This document shows, in pieces, positions 39,578-54,278 of a stretch of DNA of 64,000 nt. The notes beneath the pieces are model-generated. The model was given only the letters and a program-made list of their open reading frames with translations. It was not told the DNA's origin and did not search any database. Source of the DNA: Paraspadella gotoi (taxonomy: Eukaryota > Animalia > Chaetognatha); assembly GCA_051294375.1 (NCBI GenBank), contig CM119266.1, positions 14,674,755 to 14,738,754 on the forward strand, in the 5' to 3' direction. Each line of letters starts with the position of its first letter. Position 1 is the first letter of the stretch. The position numbers and the translations under genes were made by a program.

Positions 39578-39957
39578 AAGAAATACTTAAAAAAAATAAA
39601 GGCCGTGCGAGGTAAGTGCGTCGCGTTATGAGAGGCATTCTGTTGAGTCTGATTCAAAAATTCAGGTGGAAATGTAGTATGAACAAAGAAAAAGAGAGCG
39701 AGAGAGAGAGAGAGAGAGAGAAAGAGAGATAGAGAGAGACAGAGAGAGAAAGAGAGACAGAACCGAGAGAAAATTTGGTCTGAAAATCGGAATCTAGTTC
39801 GGCGATGAACTTAAAGTAGCCAACGTCTAAATTCAGTGACAACAAACAAAAGAAAATGGATTCGGAGAGAAAATTGCGTTAGAGACCAACACCCGCGTGG
39901 AGAACATCCAAACACGCAGAGATTGAAAGAGGGCGGGGCAACGAGGAGGGAGGGAGC

Positions 39958-40032
<75 letters not shown>

Positions 40033-40366
40033 GGGAGAGAGGAGGAGAGAAAGAGGAAAGAGAAAGAGAGAGAGAAGCGACAATCGGTTTCGCTGAAAGG
40101 AAGGCCCCCTTTCTCCTCGTGACAGCCGATGACAGGATTAACGACGACCATGAATTTTGAAAATAATATGAATACCAATCAATTTTATTTTATTCGTAAA
40201 ACGTTCAATGTTTGTTTTTTATGTTTGTAATGATTTCGATATTTACGAGACTCAACGAAAACATTCTTTAATGGTTGATACACGCGAAAAAAAAGAGGAA
40301 AAATAATGATGGCGGATGAAGAAAGCGGGGGACAACGACCGGAAGACGACGTTAATAAAGTGATCA

Positions 40367-40474
<108 letters not shown>

Positions 40475-40711
40475 TCTCCTTATTTTCCTGTCTCCCTCCC
40501 TCGTTTCCACGCCTCTTGGGGAAACGGGTTTCGCTTTCGTCGTTGTTGTTGTCGTCGTCGTCGTCGTCGTCGTCGTCCTGAGAGAGGGTGCTGATATTGT
40601 GACAAGTTGACATCCGGAGGGTTGAAGTGGAGTGCGTCGAAGGAGTGAGAGAGAGAGAGAGAGATCAAATGGAATCTCCCACTCCTCGATCGCCACCCAC
40701 ATCACGCGACA

Positions 40712-40730
40712 CCAATGAGAGGTGGCGCTG
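40712..40730 (+). promoter_or_regulatory. CTCF-like motif
   Basis: CCAATGAGAGGTGGCGCTG contains the AGGTGGCGCT core. Weaker same-strand matches lie at ~40758-40770 and ~40848-40864. Confidence 0.3.
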
Positions 40731-41292
40731 GTTAGTCACACTTTGAGTTGGACGAATGTGTAGAGGCGCACTCGGTTTCTTCGGTCCAAAGTTTGGAGTT
40801 TACTTCGCGCAGAATCAGACAAGGGACGTCGAGGCGGTGAACTCGGTAACAGTCTGGGGCGCTACTGTGTAGCGGAAGGCAAGACTGAAATTCGTTAGGA
40901 AACCTCGATAACGCAATATATGAACTAAAATGTTAATCCTAAGGTTATCGAAGGTATAGAAGTAACAGGAGTTTAGGAAAAAAACGGGGGGGGGAGTAGA
41001 GTTTGAACCTTTCAAACGAAACCCAGCATCTCAAAACAAAATTCTGAGGAAACTAGAAAAAAACAAACGGAGGGATTTAATTGGAGGAAAGGGGAAAATT
41101 AAAAGGGAAGAAAACGTCGAAGGTTAAAAAGGAAATTCTCCGGAGAAATCGGGATTCTGCTGTTTCGTCGTTCGACTCTTTGGGGAAAAACAAAACAAAA
41201 ACAAAAAAAAAAGGAAAAGTGGGGCAGACAAAGGGAGAATGCAAAGGAGAGAGGAAGATGATTTACAGAGAGAGAGAGAGAGAGAGAGAGAC

Positions 41293-41324
<32 letters not shown>

Positions 41325-41763
41325 GAGATAAGAGAGCGTTTTTTTTTCTCTCTCTCTCCCGCGAAAGGAAAAAAATGTGAAAGGAAGAGGAAAATAGATA
41401 AATGAAGGGGAATGAAGAGATAAAAGGAGAAAAATGGAAAGCGAAGGGAAAAAGTCTTTGATGCGTCTATTTCCTTCGGATTCTCATTCTTTCTCTTCCT
41501 CTTTTTTTTTCGTATGAGTTTTCCGTTTGTTAGTACGATTCATTTTTCTCGGGGCTCGCTCGATCGTTAGTTATTCCCATGTTAGTTCGTTCGTTCGTTC
41601 GTTCGTTATTTCATTCCTTTGTTCGTTCGTTCGTTCATTCCATTGTTCGATCGTTCTTTCATTAATTTGTTCGTTCGTTCGTTCGTTTTTTTTATATTAT
41701 TTTTTGTATTTTCCGTTTATTCTTTGTCTCTTGCTCAATTAGTCTGTCTGTCTGTCTGTCTGT

Positions 41764-41874
<111 letters not shown>

Positions 41875-44800
41875 GAATCTCTGTCAAACTTTTTCCTACA
41901 CTAACTTATCGACTTATCTTTCAATATCTTTCTCCCTTTTCCTTAACTTCCCCCCCTTCTTTCAAAAACCTTTTCCTTTCCCTTTCTTTTCCCCTTTTCC
42001 CTTCCTTTCCGTTTCACACCGCCCCGGGGCCCGGAGAGCAAAACACGAGAAACAAAGGGACGATATAAACTGTGGGAACTCGTCATCTCTAAGCAACCAT
42101 TTCAGTGGCTCGGAGCCAACATAACAACCATTTTGACGATAATAAAAATAAAACATGAAAGAACGGGGCGACGGAGCAGCGCGACGACGACGACGATAAC
42201 GACGACGACAATTGCGAAGAGGACGACGAACAAAAGACATTGTCGACGTTGGCAGAAAGTCGTCGGGTGAAGCTTAAAATTCTATATACCTGATGCGTAC
42301 TAGTGAGGCTCAATTGATCGTGATATCATGTTTTATGACTGTATCATACCGCTAAATAGAAACGCAGCTCGTCGAAAATTAAAAAATTAAAATTTTCATG
42401 TTCTCATCAGGCACACTCAATACTGGGAAGTTGATATTAATTCCTTAATTTACGCTGCGCACGCTCGCTGCGCGCCGCGTCTGTCTTGAATTCGCGTTAC
42501 GCTGCACGTCGCACAGCGCCTTCTCAACTTTACACCGTGATACGTCAAACCCGACTCCGCGTTGCGTTTCTCCCATGCGCCGCGCTGCGCTTCCCTCGAC
42601 CCCGCGTCGCGCCTCCGCGACCTTTCGTCTTCCCGAAAGGTCAACCGCGGACGAGTTCCGCTCCATCGTCGTTAACGTCGTCGTCGTCGTCATCGTCTTC
42701 GTCATCGTCGTCTTCGCCTTTTGTTCTCCCAGTCATCGTCTGTTGTTGTCAGATGTTGCCCTCGTCTCAGACGTGGTCTTTGTTATTAAAATCATGAATG
42801 TCGTTACATCGGACATTACAACTTTTATGATCTCTAAGATTATCCATCCCGGGGCGCTAAAGAGGGTTTTACATTTTGCTTGCGAACTTGAAAACTTTTA
42901 GTCTTGTAATCACCTGTCATAAGTTTATGGTAATATTAAAAGGTCACGCAAACTATAGTAGTCCCAAAATTTAACTTAGGATGTATGTTTGTTCATCGAG
43001 TTAAGTCGTAAAACTTTCCAAGATTAGCAGTATTAAGCAAAATTTATTAAAATTAAGCAAAAAGGTTAGTAATAAAAATATTTCCTGTCTCCGTCAACAC
43101 AATAGTCATATTCGGTTTTGTGCGCCCATATAAGGCGAGCATTCACGATCGATCCACCAAGCAGGGAGGTGGGGGGCTGCTGGGCTAGAATCGAAGGGGA
43201 CATTTTGAACATCGAGTCATAACTCATAAAAGCGGTAACGACGCGGAACGCTTTGGCGTGAGCAGAAATTACGAGACCCTCGCGAAGAAGCAATGGATGT
43301 CTGGAGACGAATACAACAAAATGCCCTACATACTGCAATATATTACACATTTTTATACATCCGTTATACCAATCGTTCGTCGATTTATAAATTTTAGAAT
43401 AAAAAAGAAAATAAACGAGAAACGTCCGAGAAAATACCGTCTGCAAAAATAAAATCGTCTTCTGCCGTTTATATTTTTTTTTCCTCTGTCCGTTGTAGCG
43501 ATGATGAACGGCGCCAGGGCATGAGATAAGGGGAAAGAGAGAGAGAGAGAGANNNNNNNNNNGAGAGAGAGAGAGAAAAGAAGAAAAATAAAAAGAGATC
43601 AAAATTAAAGAAACCATCGTCAACATAAAAGGTTAAGAAACCTTCTTTCCGCGAAATCCTACTTTCATAATTCCATCGGCGTCCAAACATCCTTTACTAC
43701 TTCTTTCTCCTTCCGCTGCATCCACCATCCACCATTCACCCTCCACCTTCCACAATTTTCCCGCCACATTCAACGGAACCAAGTTTCTTCCGTTTTCCTT
43801 TTGACCTTCGCCCCAAAACCGGAGATTAAGCGGAACCGGAAAGACGCGCGAATTTCGGCGTCGCGACCGGCAGCGTAACCAGGCAACGAGGTCGACGACG
43901 CGGTCACGCCGCCGGAACGAGCGCCCCTCGCGGAAGGGAACGGATGGAGTTCATTTGTTTTTTGTTTTATCGACGGAGACGCGACGACGCCGGGGTGAGT
44001 CTTGACAAATGGCGCCGAGGGTAAGTTTCTTGGATAAAAGAAAGTAGTAAATGAAAAAGAATCCAGCACGATTACTTTTTCTCTTTTGTTTTACGTTTGT
44101 TTAGTAGAATTGATATTTTCAATCTATTTTTTTCAAAATAATTTCGTCATTTTCACATCATTATTACATCTTATTAAATATCATATTATCATTTTTAACC
44201 ATTATCGTAATCTAGTTTTTCCTACTGTCAATCTCAACTATTCATCATTTTCCTTCTCCGTTTATTTTCGATTCTTCCTTGATTATTTCTTTCTATTTTT
44301 CTTTCCTTCTTTTCCTTTTCCTCCTTTTCCTCCTTTCCTCCTTTTCTTTTTTTCCTTTCTCTTTTTCCATCTCTCCTCTGCGATTCCATCCCCTCCCCGC
44401 CTCGTTCCCCCATCTCCTTATTTTTCTCTCTCGTTTCTATTTCTTCAGGAACAGATTTGTTATCCGATAAAGAAAACATTTCATAATTGGAGCTTTCCCT
44501 TTTCTCATTAAATGTTTTCCCAACAGCAGAAAAAACAAAACAGCAAAAGAAAAAAAAAAAGGAATTGAAAATTTTTAATCCAGAAAAAAGAGAGAAAATA
44601 AACGGGGAAGAAACTCGGGGAAAAAACAAGGAAGATGCCCCGATATTTTAAAACTCATATACCCGCGAAAATTTTATTTCCTTTTGAAACAAAATTTCAA
44701 ACGAAGTTTCAATTGTTATGGTATTTTATTAAGATTATATTTTTCGTTTAATATAAGCAATTTTATTTTATTGCAACATATATGTTTCAATATTAACGTT

Positions 44801-45462
44801 TTAAATAAAAATACAAATATTTCCATCTCATTATTTAGACAGAAATTTAAAAAAAAAACTTTAAAAATATATTTTGAAAGTGAAGTAAAAAATGGAAATA
44901 TGCCATGGAGAACTTGACTTTTCAAAGAAAGTATGGGATCTTGCAAACGGGCTACATACCAAACCAAAAGTCATGGGAGGCTTTAAAAAAATATCGTCAG
45001 AAATAATTTCGAGATAAAATTTTTGCGACGTAATTTCCTAAATTTTATGCCTCTTCTTCATTTTAGTTTTTTTCTTGTTTCTGTCATTTCTCCTCCTCCT
45101 CTTCCTCCTCCTTTTCCTCCTCCTCCTCCTTCGATTCTCACTTAGTATTTCAAGAAAACCACTTCATTCTTGATCCCTTCAGACTGATCAATGATCAGTG
45201 ATCACATTTCTTCGCCTCTCTGTCTCTGTCTCTCTTCCTCTCGCTTTCACTCTGTATCTCTTTTCTGGAATCTCTTCATTTTTTTTATTCATTTTGAATC
45301 GAATCAGTTCCATGGTCTCTCTGTCTCTCTGTCTCTGTCCCTCTCGCTCTCTCTCTTTCTCGTCTGTGAATATGCATGAATTCATTTGATGGTTGTTTGC
45401 ATTCGCAAGAACATTTTTAGCGAGAATAAAAAAAGAGAGAAAATGATGGAAGGACGGGATAG

Positions 45463-45503
45463 CATTGCTTGTCATTTAACAACCATTGCTTGTCATTTAA
45501 CAA
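45463..45503. repeat. 21-bp tandem duplication CATTGCTTGTCATTTAACAA(C)
   Basis: Two adjacent copies starting at 45463 and 45484. Confidence 0.9.
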
Positions 45504-46200
45504 AAATAAGATTAAATACTGTTAAACATGAACATGAACAACATTAATATCGAAAGAAATTCAAGAGAGTAGCTACGAAAAAAAAGGAAAGGAAGAAAAA
45601 AAAAATGAAATAAATTGGGTAACATCGAGTAGAAAAATTCTTTTCTATCCGCGGAAAACTGATTTTTGGCTCGGTTACATTTCGGGCAAACAAAGGAGCC
45701 GAGGAGTAAGTTGGACTTACCTGGAGGGTAATGCCGCGCGTGGTCGAGTTTTTGGTGGAGAGAGCGAAAGGGGGAGAGAGAGAGAGAGATGGGGAGAAAG
45801 AGAAAATGTTAATGTTTAATTTCTTTGTTATAACAAGATTTAACATGTCTCTTAAGCGGCACGCAATTCTTTTTTGCATGTTTCATTTCTTACTTTTTTT
45901 TTTTAATAACCACAATATTTTTTCTAACTTTCGTGCTATGACCAGGTATCGCAGTAAATATTGTTCCTGATTTTCGCAAGTCTGTGGGAAGAGTTTCAGG
46001 AGAAAACTTATCAAAAAATGGAAAAGTCGATTTTTTTCAGATATTTTCCATCTTCTCAAGGAACCATATTCTTGTGTAAACCCTCTTTTATCTAAAACAA
46101 ACCCAGAGAAAAATGAAGTTTGTTCAAGAAAAAGGAAAATGTGATGAAAAAAGAATGAGAAGAAGGAAGTAAAGAAAAAAAGAAAGAAAGAAAGAAAGAG

Positions 46201-46267
<67 letters not shown>

Positions 46268-47644
46268 GGGAAAGAAAATTTAAACGATGAAACGAAAAAA
46301 AAAAAAAAAACTCAACCAAAAAAAATTAAAAAAAAGAAAATTAATTTAAGCCGACGAATGAACGATTGAAGCAATAAAACTTCGCAAAGATTCATTACAC
46401 AGAAATTCATTAAAACAAAAAAAAATATTCTACACGAACTAAAAACATCAGAGAATAAAAAAAAGAGGGAAAAATTTTTAATCTCCAAGAAAGAAAGTTT
46501 ATTCGTGACACGTGGCCAAGGGCACAGGAAAGGGGGGGAAGGGGAAAAAGGGAAACAAGAAAGAAAAAAAGAGGAGAATTAAAAAAAGAGAGAAAAAAAA
46601 CAGTAGAGATAAGAGAGAAAAACGGGCGGAGTTCACGTTTTTATGTCTCTATTTTCAGGCGCCGAATGCCTTCACCCGGAAAACGTTTTCGATTTCCTAA
46701 AGAAAAAAAAAATGTCGAAGAGACGTACATTTTGTGTCGCGACGAAAGCAAATTGTAAAATTTAAAAAAAAAGAGGAGAAAGTTAATCTTTAAAATGACG
46801 AGGATTAAGATTGTAACGTCAGTGAATTCCTTGAAGAAGGAAATCGAGAGAAGCGGAAGTGAAGGGGAATGGAATGAAGGCGTGATGGAATGAGACATTC
46901 AAGCTCAACATTTATTTCGAGGAAACTAAGTTACTTTGGTGACAACAGTTTCCGTTTTAAATTGATTAAACCGATGACATCGGTTAATCTGAAGGTCATC
47001 TTTTTGGGATGTCTGTGAGCGTCTGTTTATTTTAATCTTCACCTAATCGTCTCCCTCTCTCGCTCGCTCTCCTGGCTTTAATTTTTCCTTATGCTTTGAC
47101 TCTCCGTCATTGCTCTCAACTCTCTTTCCTTTCATTCTCAGTCGTCATCTTCTCTCACTCTCTCTTACCCTTTCACTCCCTCTCACTCCGTGCACAACTC
47201 ACTGTGAACAAAGACTCAATTCCCTCGATTCACTTTCGATTTTCGTCGGGTGAGTCATTTGTTTCGCCGAGGGTGAGGTATTTTGTAAAAGGCCACAGCT
47301 GCTGCTTCTTGACATTAAGGAAACAAGAATTAGAAAAAATTGCCAAATGTTTGTTTTTCTTTTAGAGTTTTGTTTAAATTTTTATCCGATGAGAAAAAAT
47401 ATACGAAATTAATCCGGTTTGAGTTTGAAGGGGAAAAAGTTTTTCTCGACATTTTTTTCTGTATTTGTTGATAAAAAAAAAGAGTTTCTAAAGGGCTTAA
47501 AAAAATGAGGATTACAAAGTCAGAAAATGTCACAATTGCGCGTTTTGCTTGTGTTGACAACAGAAAAATACATGCTCAATTCAAAGAATAGATATAGTGA
47601 AGGAAAAATAGAAAAGTGTGTGTGTGTGTGTGTGTGTGTGGAGT

Positions 47645-47717
<73 letters not shown>

Positions 47718-47775
47718 GTGAAATAAAAAAAAATGCCAGAGGGTGCAAGAGAAATTTTCCCCTCGAATTCTTCAC

Positions 47776-47860
47776 TGATTGATGGGTTCTCGATTTGGCT
47801 CCTGATTGGTTCCCGCCCTTGCCACTCCCTCCGCCACTCCCTTTGCCACTTTCTCCGCCG
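47776..47860. promoter_or_regulatory. Motif cluster: TGATTGATGG, CCAAT box, GC box and three GCCACTYYCT repeats
   Basis: TGATTGATGG at 47776-47785, CTGATTGGT around 47802-47810, CCCGCCC at 47812-47818, and gccactccct/gccactccct/gccactttct at a 12-bp period. Confidence 0.35.
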
Positions 47861-48579
47861 CTTTTTTTTTTGCACTTCCTCTGCGACTCTGTCCTCCCCG
47901 TTGATTTTTCATTTCCTCGGCCTTTTCCTTTGCTGCCGTTGCAACGTTAGTTCCCCTTTGCTTTTTCCGTCCATATGGTCGTTATAACTACTTTCTTATG
48001 CTCTTTTACGCATTCATAAACTATCTGCACGGGTAATTGATTGCAATCATTGCACGATTCCGGTTACCTCCTTTGTTCATATCCAGAAAACACACCGATG
48101 GAACTTTGGAAATAAACTTGACCAGTTCAATTTATATCCTGAGCTGTAAGCTCATGAGCCCTCCCAGACTGCCAAGAAGTCCAGCAATGTTGAAAATTAT
48201 TTCATCAAGCGATAGAACGGAAAGCTGAGGGTCACCATAGAAATATTTTTTTTTTTAGGATCGTTTAGATGGTAAAGCCGTAGATTATTATTTATAATTA
48301 GTTATGAACTTGTAACGGCGATATAAAAAATGTTTTTCAGCTGCATCCGATTTTTAATCAAGGCATAATGTATTATTTAAAAAAAATGTTGTCCTAAAAC
48401 TTTCGGGCTGAACTATTTTTTTTTCAATTGGAAAAGTTATAGTCTTCTCGCCTAAACTTAAAATTAGCTTTATTACCCTAATCGAGGCATTTCGAGAAGA
48501 AGAGGAGCAGACGATATAACGACGAAAGCGTAACGAGAAATAACAAAGGAAAGAAAGTGAAAAAGATAAAAAAAGGATA

Positions 48580-48650
48580 AAGAAAAGAAAAGAAAAGAAA
48601 AGAAAAGAAAAGAAAGAGAAAAAAAAGAGAAAGGAAAAAAAAAAGAAAAG

Positions 48651-48682
<32 letters not shown>

Positions 48683-48925
48683 GAAGAGAAAAGAAAGTTT
48701 AAAAGAACTTGATTTTGAGAAAAAGAAAATAAAGAAAGAAAAGAAAGAAAAGAAAAGAAAAGAAAAGAAAAGAAAAGAAAAGAAAAGAAAAGAAAGAAAA
48801 GAAAAGAAAGAAGAGAAATGAAAGTATAAAAGAACTTGATTTGGAGAAAAAGAAAATAAAAGAAAAGAAAAGAAAAGAAAAGATAAGAGAAGAATAGAAA
48901 AGAAAAGAAAAAAAAAGAACTTGAC
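48580..48925. repeat. (GAAAA)n tract with a higher-order repeat containing AAAGAACTTGA
   Basis: Pentamer runs interrupted by aaagaacttgatttKgagaaaaagaaaataaa at ~48702 and ~48828, and a partial copy at ~48915. Confidence 0.85.
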
Positions 48926-50436
48926 TTTGTGCAAGGAGTTTGAGGGAGGAGGCGAAAGTAAGATCAAGGCGAAGAAGGGGTTGGGGTGAGAGAAGGGGGG
49001 GAGGGGGAAAAGCCATGGGGGTTGCCCGGGAGATGGCGGGGGGGGGGGCAAGAACGAGGCAGCCTTGAATATTGGATAATGGATCGTAAAGGAAAACCGG
49101 CTTTCAAAATTTTACGACCAAAAACGCGATATAAACTTCGAAAGAATCGAAATTAGACTTTTCGCGTTTTATGATTTTTATTTTTATTTCTGCTGCGGGT
49201 TTTTATATTTTTGGTTCATAATATCGTTTCCGCATTATTTTTCTCACAAACGAAATTTTTTTGGCTCAAGGAAAATAATAAAAAGACAATAAAAGATTAA
49301 TTACTGAATAGTCTGAACGTATACATGTCACCATCGAATCGTCGTTTTCCTTTTATTTTTATCTGATTTTCGTCGTCGGTTTCGTCGTCGTCGTCGTCTT
49401 CCTCGCCCTATTTTCCGACGCCATGACGTCGAACAAAAGAACATAAAAAGAAATTTGAGAAATTAAATTTTGAAAACAAGATGAAGGAAGAAAAAAATGA
49501 CAATCAGGGCCTTAATCAAGTTTTTGGGCGAGAGAGAAAAAAAAGATTAAATTATAAGAAAAAGGGGGGGAAAATGAACAAAAAACCGAAACAAAGAAAC
49601 CTAAGCCTAAGAAAAAAAAGGAATACAAAACGCTACAAAAAAAATAATAAAAATAAAAAGAGATGAAAAAAACAAAACAAAAAACTGCGAAACTTATAAA
49701 AGCAAAGTGCGGTTTTCGTGCGCCCATAAAAACAAAGCTTCAACTCTCCTGCGGTTGTTTTTCATATTTTTCCCTTCGATCGAGACCAAAGATATGACGA
49801 AGACGTCGAAGACGACGACGAAGACGATGATGGACAATGGCGATGACAACGACGACGACGTCGACGAAGAAGACGTCAACGTTGGCTGTATTAATCGGGA
49901 ACCGAAAATTATCTCAAAATAAAGAATAAAAAAAAAAAAGAAAGAAAAAGAAACCCGAGATGAACAGGGTCTCCCGGACCCGAAAAGACTTTTCTCGTAA
50001 AATTATTTTAAATCTTTCGTCAAGACTTTTATATGAAGCGAGGATGGGAAACACTCGGAATTCATAAACGAAATGATTGATGGCCGATAATTCATTTATC
50101 ATATACATACGGGCTGGGTAGTGGTAGCAGTGGAGTGGCGGTAGGGTGGTCGCGGGGGGCAGTAATTATTTTTTTAAGCATAGTAATGATATAAACAAGC
50201 CGGCGGAAACGTTGAAAGAAAAACCTGGAGCGGAAAATAATAAACCGGCCCTCATATTTTTCTTATTTTTTAAATGATTAATTAAAAAGACGAAAAGTTT
50301 TAACCGTCACGAAGAAACGTGACATTAAATCTGTTCTGGTTTTGTTCATTGACAGAAAATATACGACGAAATTTTGTCGCTTCGTCCTTCGGGCTTGCAA
50401 CTTTACTGTCGTTCGTCAGAGCAGCAACCTTGAAAA

Positions 50437-50520
<84 letters not shown>

Positions 50521-51087
50521 TCTCTTCTCTCTCTCTCTCAAAACAATTAAGAAAACTGTCATTAAGAGAAGGAGAAAATTGTTTTCGTGAGAAAAATTGA
50601 AGTTTTTCTCGAAAATTTTAATGGCGTATATAATTATCAACGTAAAATTCATTAATAAAGGTAATTTATTTTACTTTTTCATTCGAAATTAACCATTTAC
50701 CAAGTCATGCAGCGAATTTGTAATTACTCGTTTACCTTTTTCTACGGAGTTCATAATCGTTAATCGAGATTAAGTGTAATTTTACACAAGATTCATTTTT
50801 ACGGAAAATAGGTTGCGCGGTAAATGGTTGAGAAGCAACAATTTTATTAAATTAAGAGAGTTTTCGTAATGTTATACTAAATGCCAGTTGTAAAATTTGA
50901 ATGAAAAAATTATACAAACTATCAGCGCAGAAATGATTTGCTATTTTTCGTCGGTTTAATCTTTAACATAAACGTCAAGGTTTCCAATCAAGGGACCCGC
51001 GGCCTCAGATTGAAAAGCTTTGAACCCAAAGATAAAATAAAGGGTTGAGCAGAACCCAGAGAATCTCATTCCCCTATTTTTTTTTCT

Positions 51088-51135
<48 letters not shown>

Positions 51136-52373
51136 ATTCTCGATATTTTTTATAGCATTTTTTCTTTCTTTCTTTCGTTCTTTCATTTTTTATCTTTTTT
51201 TTTTCTTTCAAAACATGATAAGGCGAACGGGTCCCAACATCACTTCGCCCTGTTCGCTTCTTTCATTCTTAACTGCCGACATTAAGGCAAAAAAAAGTCT
51301 TACATTAATCTTTCCCTCAGACTTCTTTCTCGTCTGCTGAGACATTTTCTTCTTCTTTTTCTTCGAAGAGAACATTTTCTTCAACTTGAGCGATAAAGCA
51401 AACAAACGAATATATGTATTCACTTATTTAAAATACTTATTTGAAAAAAAAATTAAAAAAACGAACGACAGGTGAAAAGAGGGAAATTTTATTCTGTATC
51501 GAAGTGCGAAATTTTTCACAAACGAAACGAGAAGAAATAAATTGGAAAAGAAAGTAGAAAAAAAAGAAAAAAGAATTGGCATTCTTAAATTAGAAAAAAA
51601 AAAAAAAAATGGAATCGATTTGAGTTTTGGGTGTCAATTGATTCTTCTTTCTTCTCTGCGGGAAACATGAATGGAGCGATGGATGAAAGGAGAAAGAGAG
51701 GAGCGAAGAGAGAGAGGAGCGAAGAAAGAGAGGAGCGAAATGCCAAGTATTTCTGCGCGAGACGAGGACAGATTGAATTGTGAGCGGTTTTTGTGTGACC
51801 TCTTTTTGGGTGCATCTATAGTTTAAAGAGAATGGTCCTCGAATTAACTCTTTTACGCCGTGTCTAACCGTGAAGGAAAATATTTCGAAGAAAATGAGTT
51901 AAAGTGATTCTGAGTGAATTTTTGATAGAATTATGACCAGAAAATTTGGCTTAGAGTCTATGTATTTTACTTGGTAAATTTCTTTTCCTCTCCGTTGCTT
52001 ATCGAATTTAACAATTCTTAAATGACACAGTTCAGTCAGTCATTCGTTCCTTCGTCTGTTCCTCTGATTATTATTTTATTCACTAATCTATTTAATTCGG
52101 CCTTTTTCTCAAATGTCATCATCTTCATCTAAGTGAAACGTCAAAAATTTTTAGAATTAAAGTTCATCGGAAAATTCCCGCGAAGAAGAACAAAGAGATA
52201 GATAGGAGTGTAAGAGGAAGAGAGGGAATTCGGTAGTCTTAATGGACGATCTTAATAAGGAAAAAAATCATTACAATACAATACAAAACTCATATAAAAG
52301 CTTAATTAAATCGAGGCTAGGGTAAGAGAGGAATGCGATAGAATTTGCAATAAGCTGCAAGAATTAACTCAGA

Positions 52374-52486
<113 letters not shown>

Positions 52487-53246
52487 AGAGAAAGGAATGA
52501 AAGTAGGATGAATGAGGAGGAAGAGGAGGAGGAGGCGTTTGCCTTCGCTGCAAAGTCGAGATACAATGTCGCAAGTAAATAAGGAAAAGGAAGCCGAAAT
52601 GGATGGAACCGGAAATAAAAGGAAAGAGGGGGAGAGAGAAAGGTTCATGCGGGGGACAAAAAAGTGAGAAAGAGTGAGAGAGAGAGAGCGGGTGGTTGTG
52701 AGATGGAGAATGAAAGAGAGAAAGAATATGGGGCCTGTGGGTTGAGGAATGAGAAAAGAGATGACGGTTAAAAACTGAAAAAAAACGAACTCCGTTTTAG
52801 ATTGATTAACGTTTTTATCAGTTATAATATAATTTTAATATAACGAATCGATCGAAAAGGGTTAATTAAACACATGATTCATGTCGCATGCGATTCGTGT
52901 TAGGATGCACCCGATGATAGATCGAAAATCTCTAAGACTCACGACAATTTGTTATTACGTCCAAGAGTGTCGTGACTTTGAGTGAAAATAACGTGAAACC
53001 TCGACGCCGTCTTTGTTATCGTCGTCGTCTTCGTCGTCGTCGTCGTCTTCGTTTCCCATTGCACTGACTCATCTCAGCGCAAATATCCAAGGGGCGATAA
53101 TCGTATAATCGTAAGAGAGAGACAGAGTGGGAGAGAGAGAGAGAGAGAGGGAGAGGGAGAGAGAGACGGTGCCATTGATTGGCCAGGCACCAGGGAATTT
53201 TTTTTCTCTGACGCCACATAACACCGAAGAGGATTTCACGTTTTTA

Positions 53247-53467
53247 CATCCATCCATCCATCCATCCATCCATCCATCCATTCATCCATCCATGGACCCA
53301 TCCAACATCCATCCTCCCATCGATACATATAACCATCCATAAGTGCATCAATCCATGCATCTATTTATCCATACATATAGCCATTCATACGTCCATCCAT
53401 TTATCCATCCATCCATCCATCCATCCATTTATCCATCCATCCATCCATCTATCCCTCCATCCATCCA
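53247..53467. repeat. (CCAT)n imperfect microsatellite
   Basis: Seen directly. Confidence 0.92.
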
Positions 53468-53940
53468 TTATTCCATTTGGATTTCATCAAACGAAATCTA
53501 ATTAAATTCTTTTTTTTCGATTCTTCTTCAACTTTAAATTCCAAAGAAAAACAAGAAAAAAAAGGGAATAAACTTAAAAAATTCGATTAAAAGGGTTAAA
53601 ATAGAATCGAGAAGAAAAAAAGAGAAAGTTTTTAAAACTTTTCGTTCTCTAAATTTAATTAGAAAGTAACTGACAGATAAAGTTATCTTCGTTACTCCTT
53701 TTGCCCCCTTTTAATAAATTGATAAAACATTTTTGTCCAAAAAATATTTTATTATTCAGAAAAATATAGGGGACGAATAAATTACATTTTGAGGCGAAAT
53801 CGTAATTTTTAAATTAAGTCGTAATGACTAATCGGCAGGGATGGGCTTTTTTTTTTCGAATTCTCCGATGGGGATTTAAACGCGAAACGACGTTATAATC
53901 TGGCCACAGTGCTCTTCTTCGTTCTATGCTTTTTCAGTCA

Positions 53941-54278
53941 GTCCAGTCCGTCCGTTCCGTCCGTCCGTCCGTCCGGTCCGGGTCCGTCCGTCCGTCCGTC
54001 GTCTGTCCGTCCGTCCGTCCGTCCGTCCGTCCGTCCGTCCGTAGTCCGTCCGTCCGTCCGTCCGTCCGTCCGTCCGTCCGTCCGTCCGTTCCGTCCGTTC
54101 CGTCCGTCCGTCCGTCCGTTCCGTCCGTCCGTCCGTCCGTCCGTCCGTCCGTCCGTCCGTCCGCCGTCCGTCCGTGCCGTCCGTCCGTCCGTCCGTCCGT
54201 CCGCGTCCGTCCCGTCCGTCCGTCCGTCCGTCGTCCGTCCGGTCCGTCCGTCCGTCCGTCCCGTCCGTCCGTCCGTCC
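53941..54278. repeat. (GTCC)n microsatellite, ~340 bp
   Basis: Seen directly. It is the source of the RPSV/TDGR ORFs on both strands. Confidence 0.97.

Noticed and set aside
43066-43345. Non-repetitive minus-strand ORF segment and a CArG box (CCATATAAGG, 43126-43135)
   Set aside because: No recognisable homology and no convincing splice-site pair. A single CArG match in 64 kb is expected by chance.
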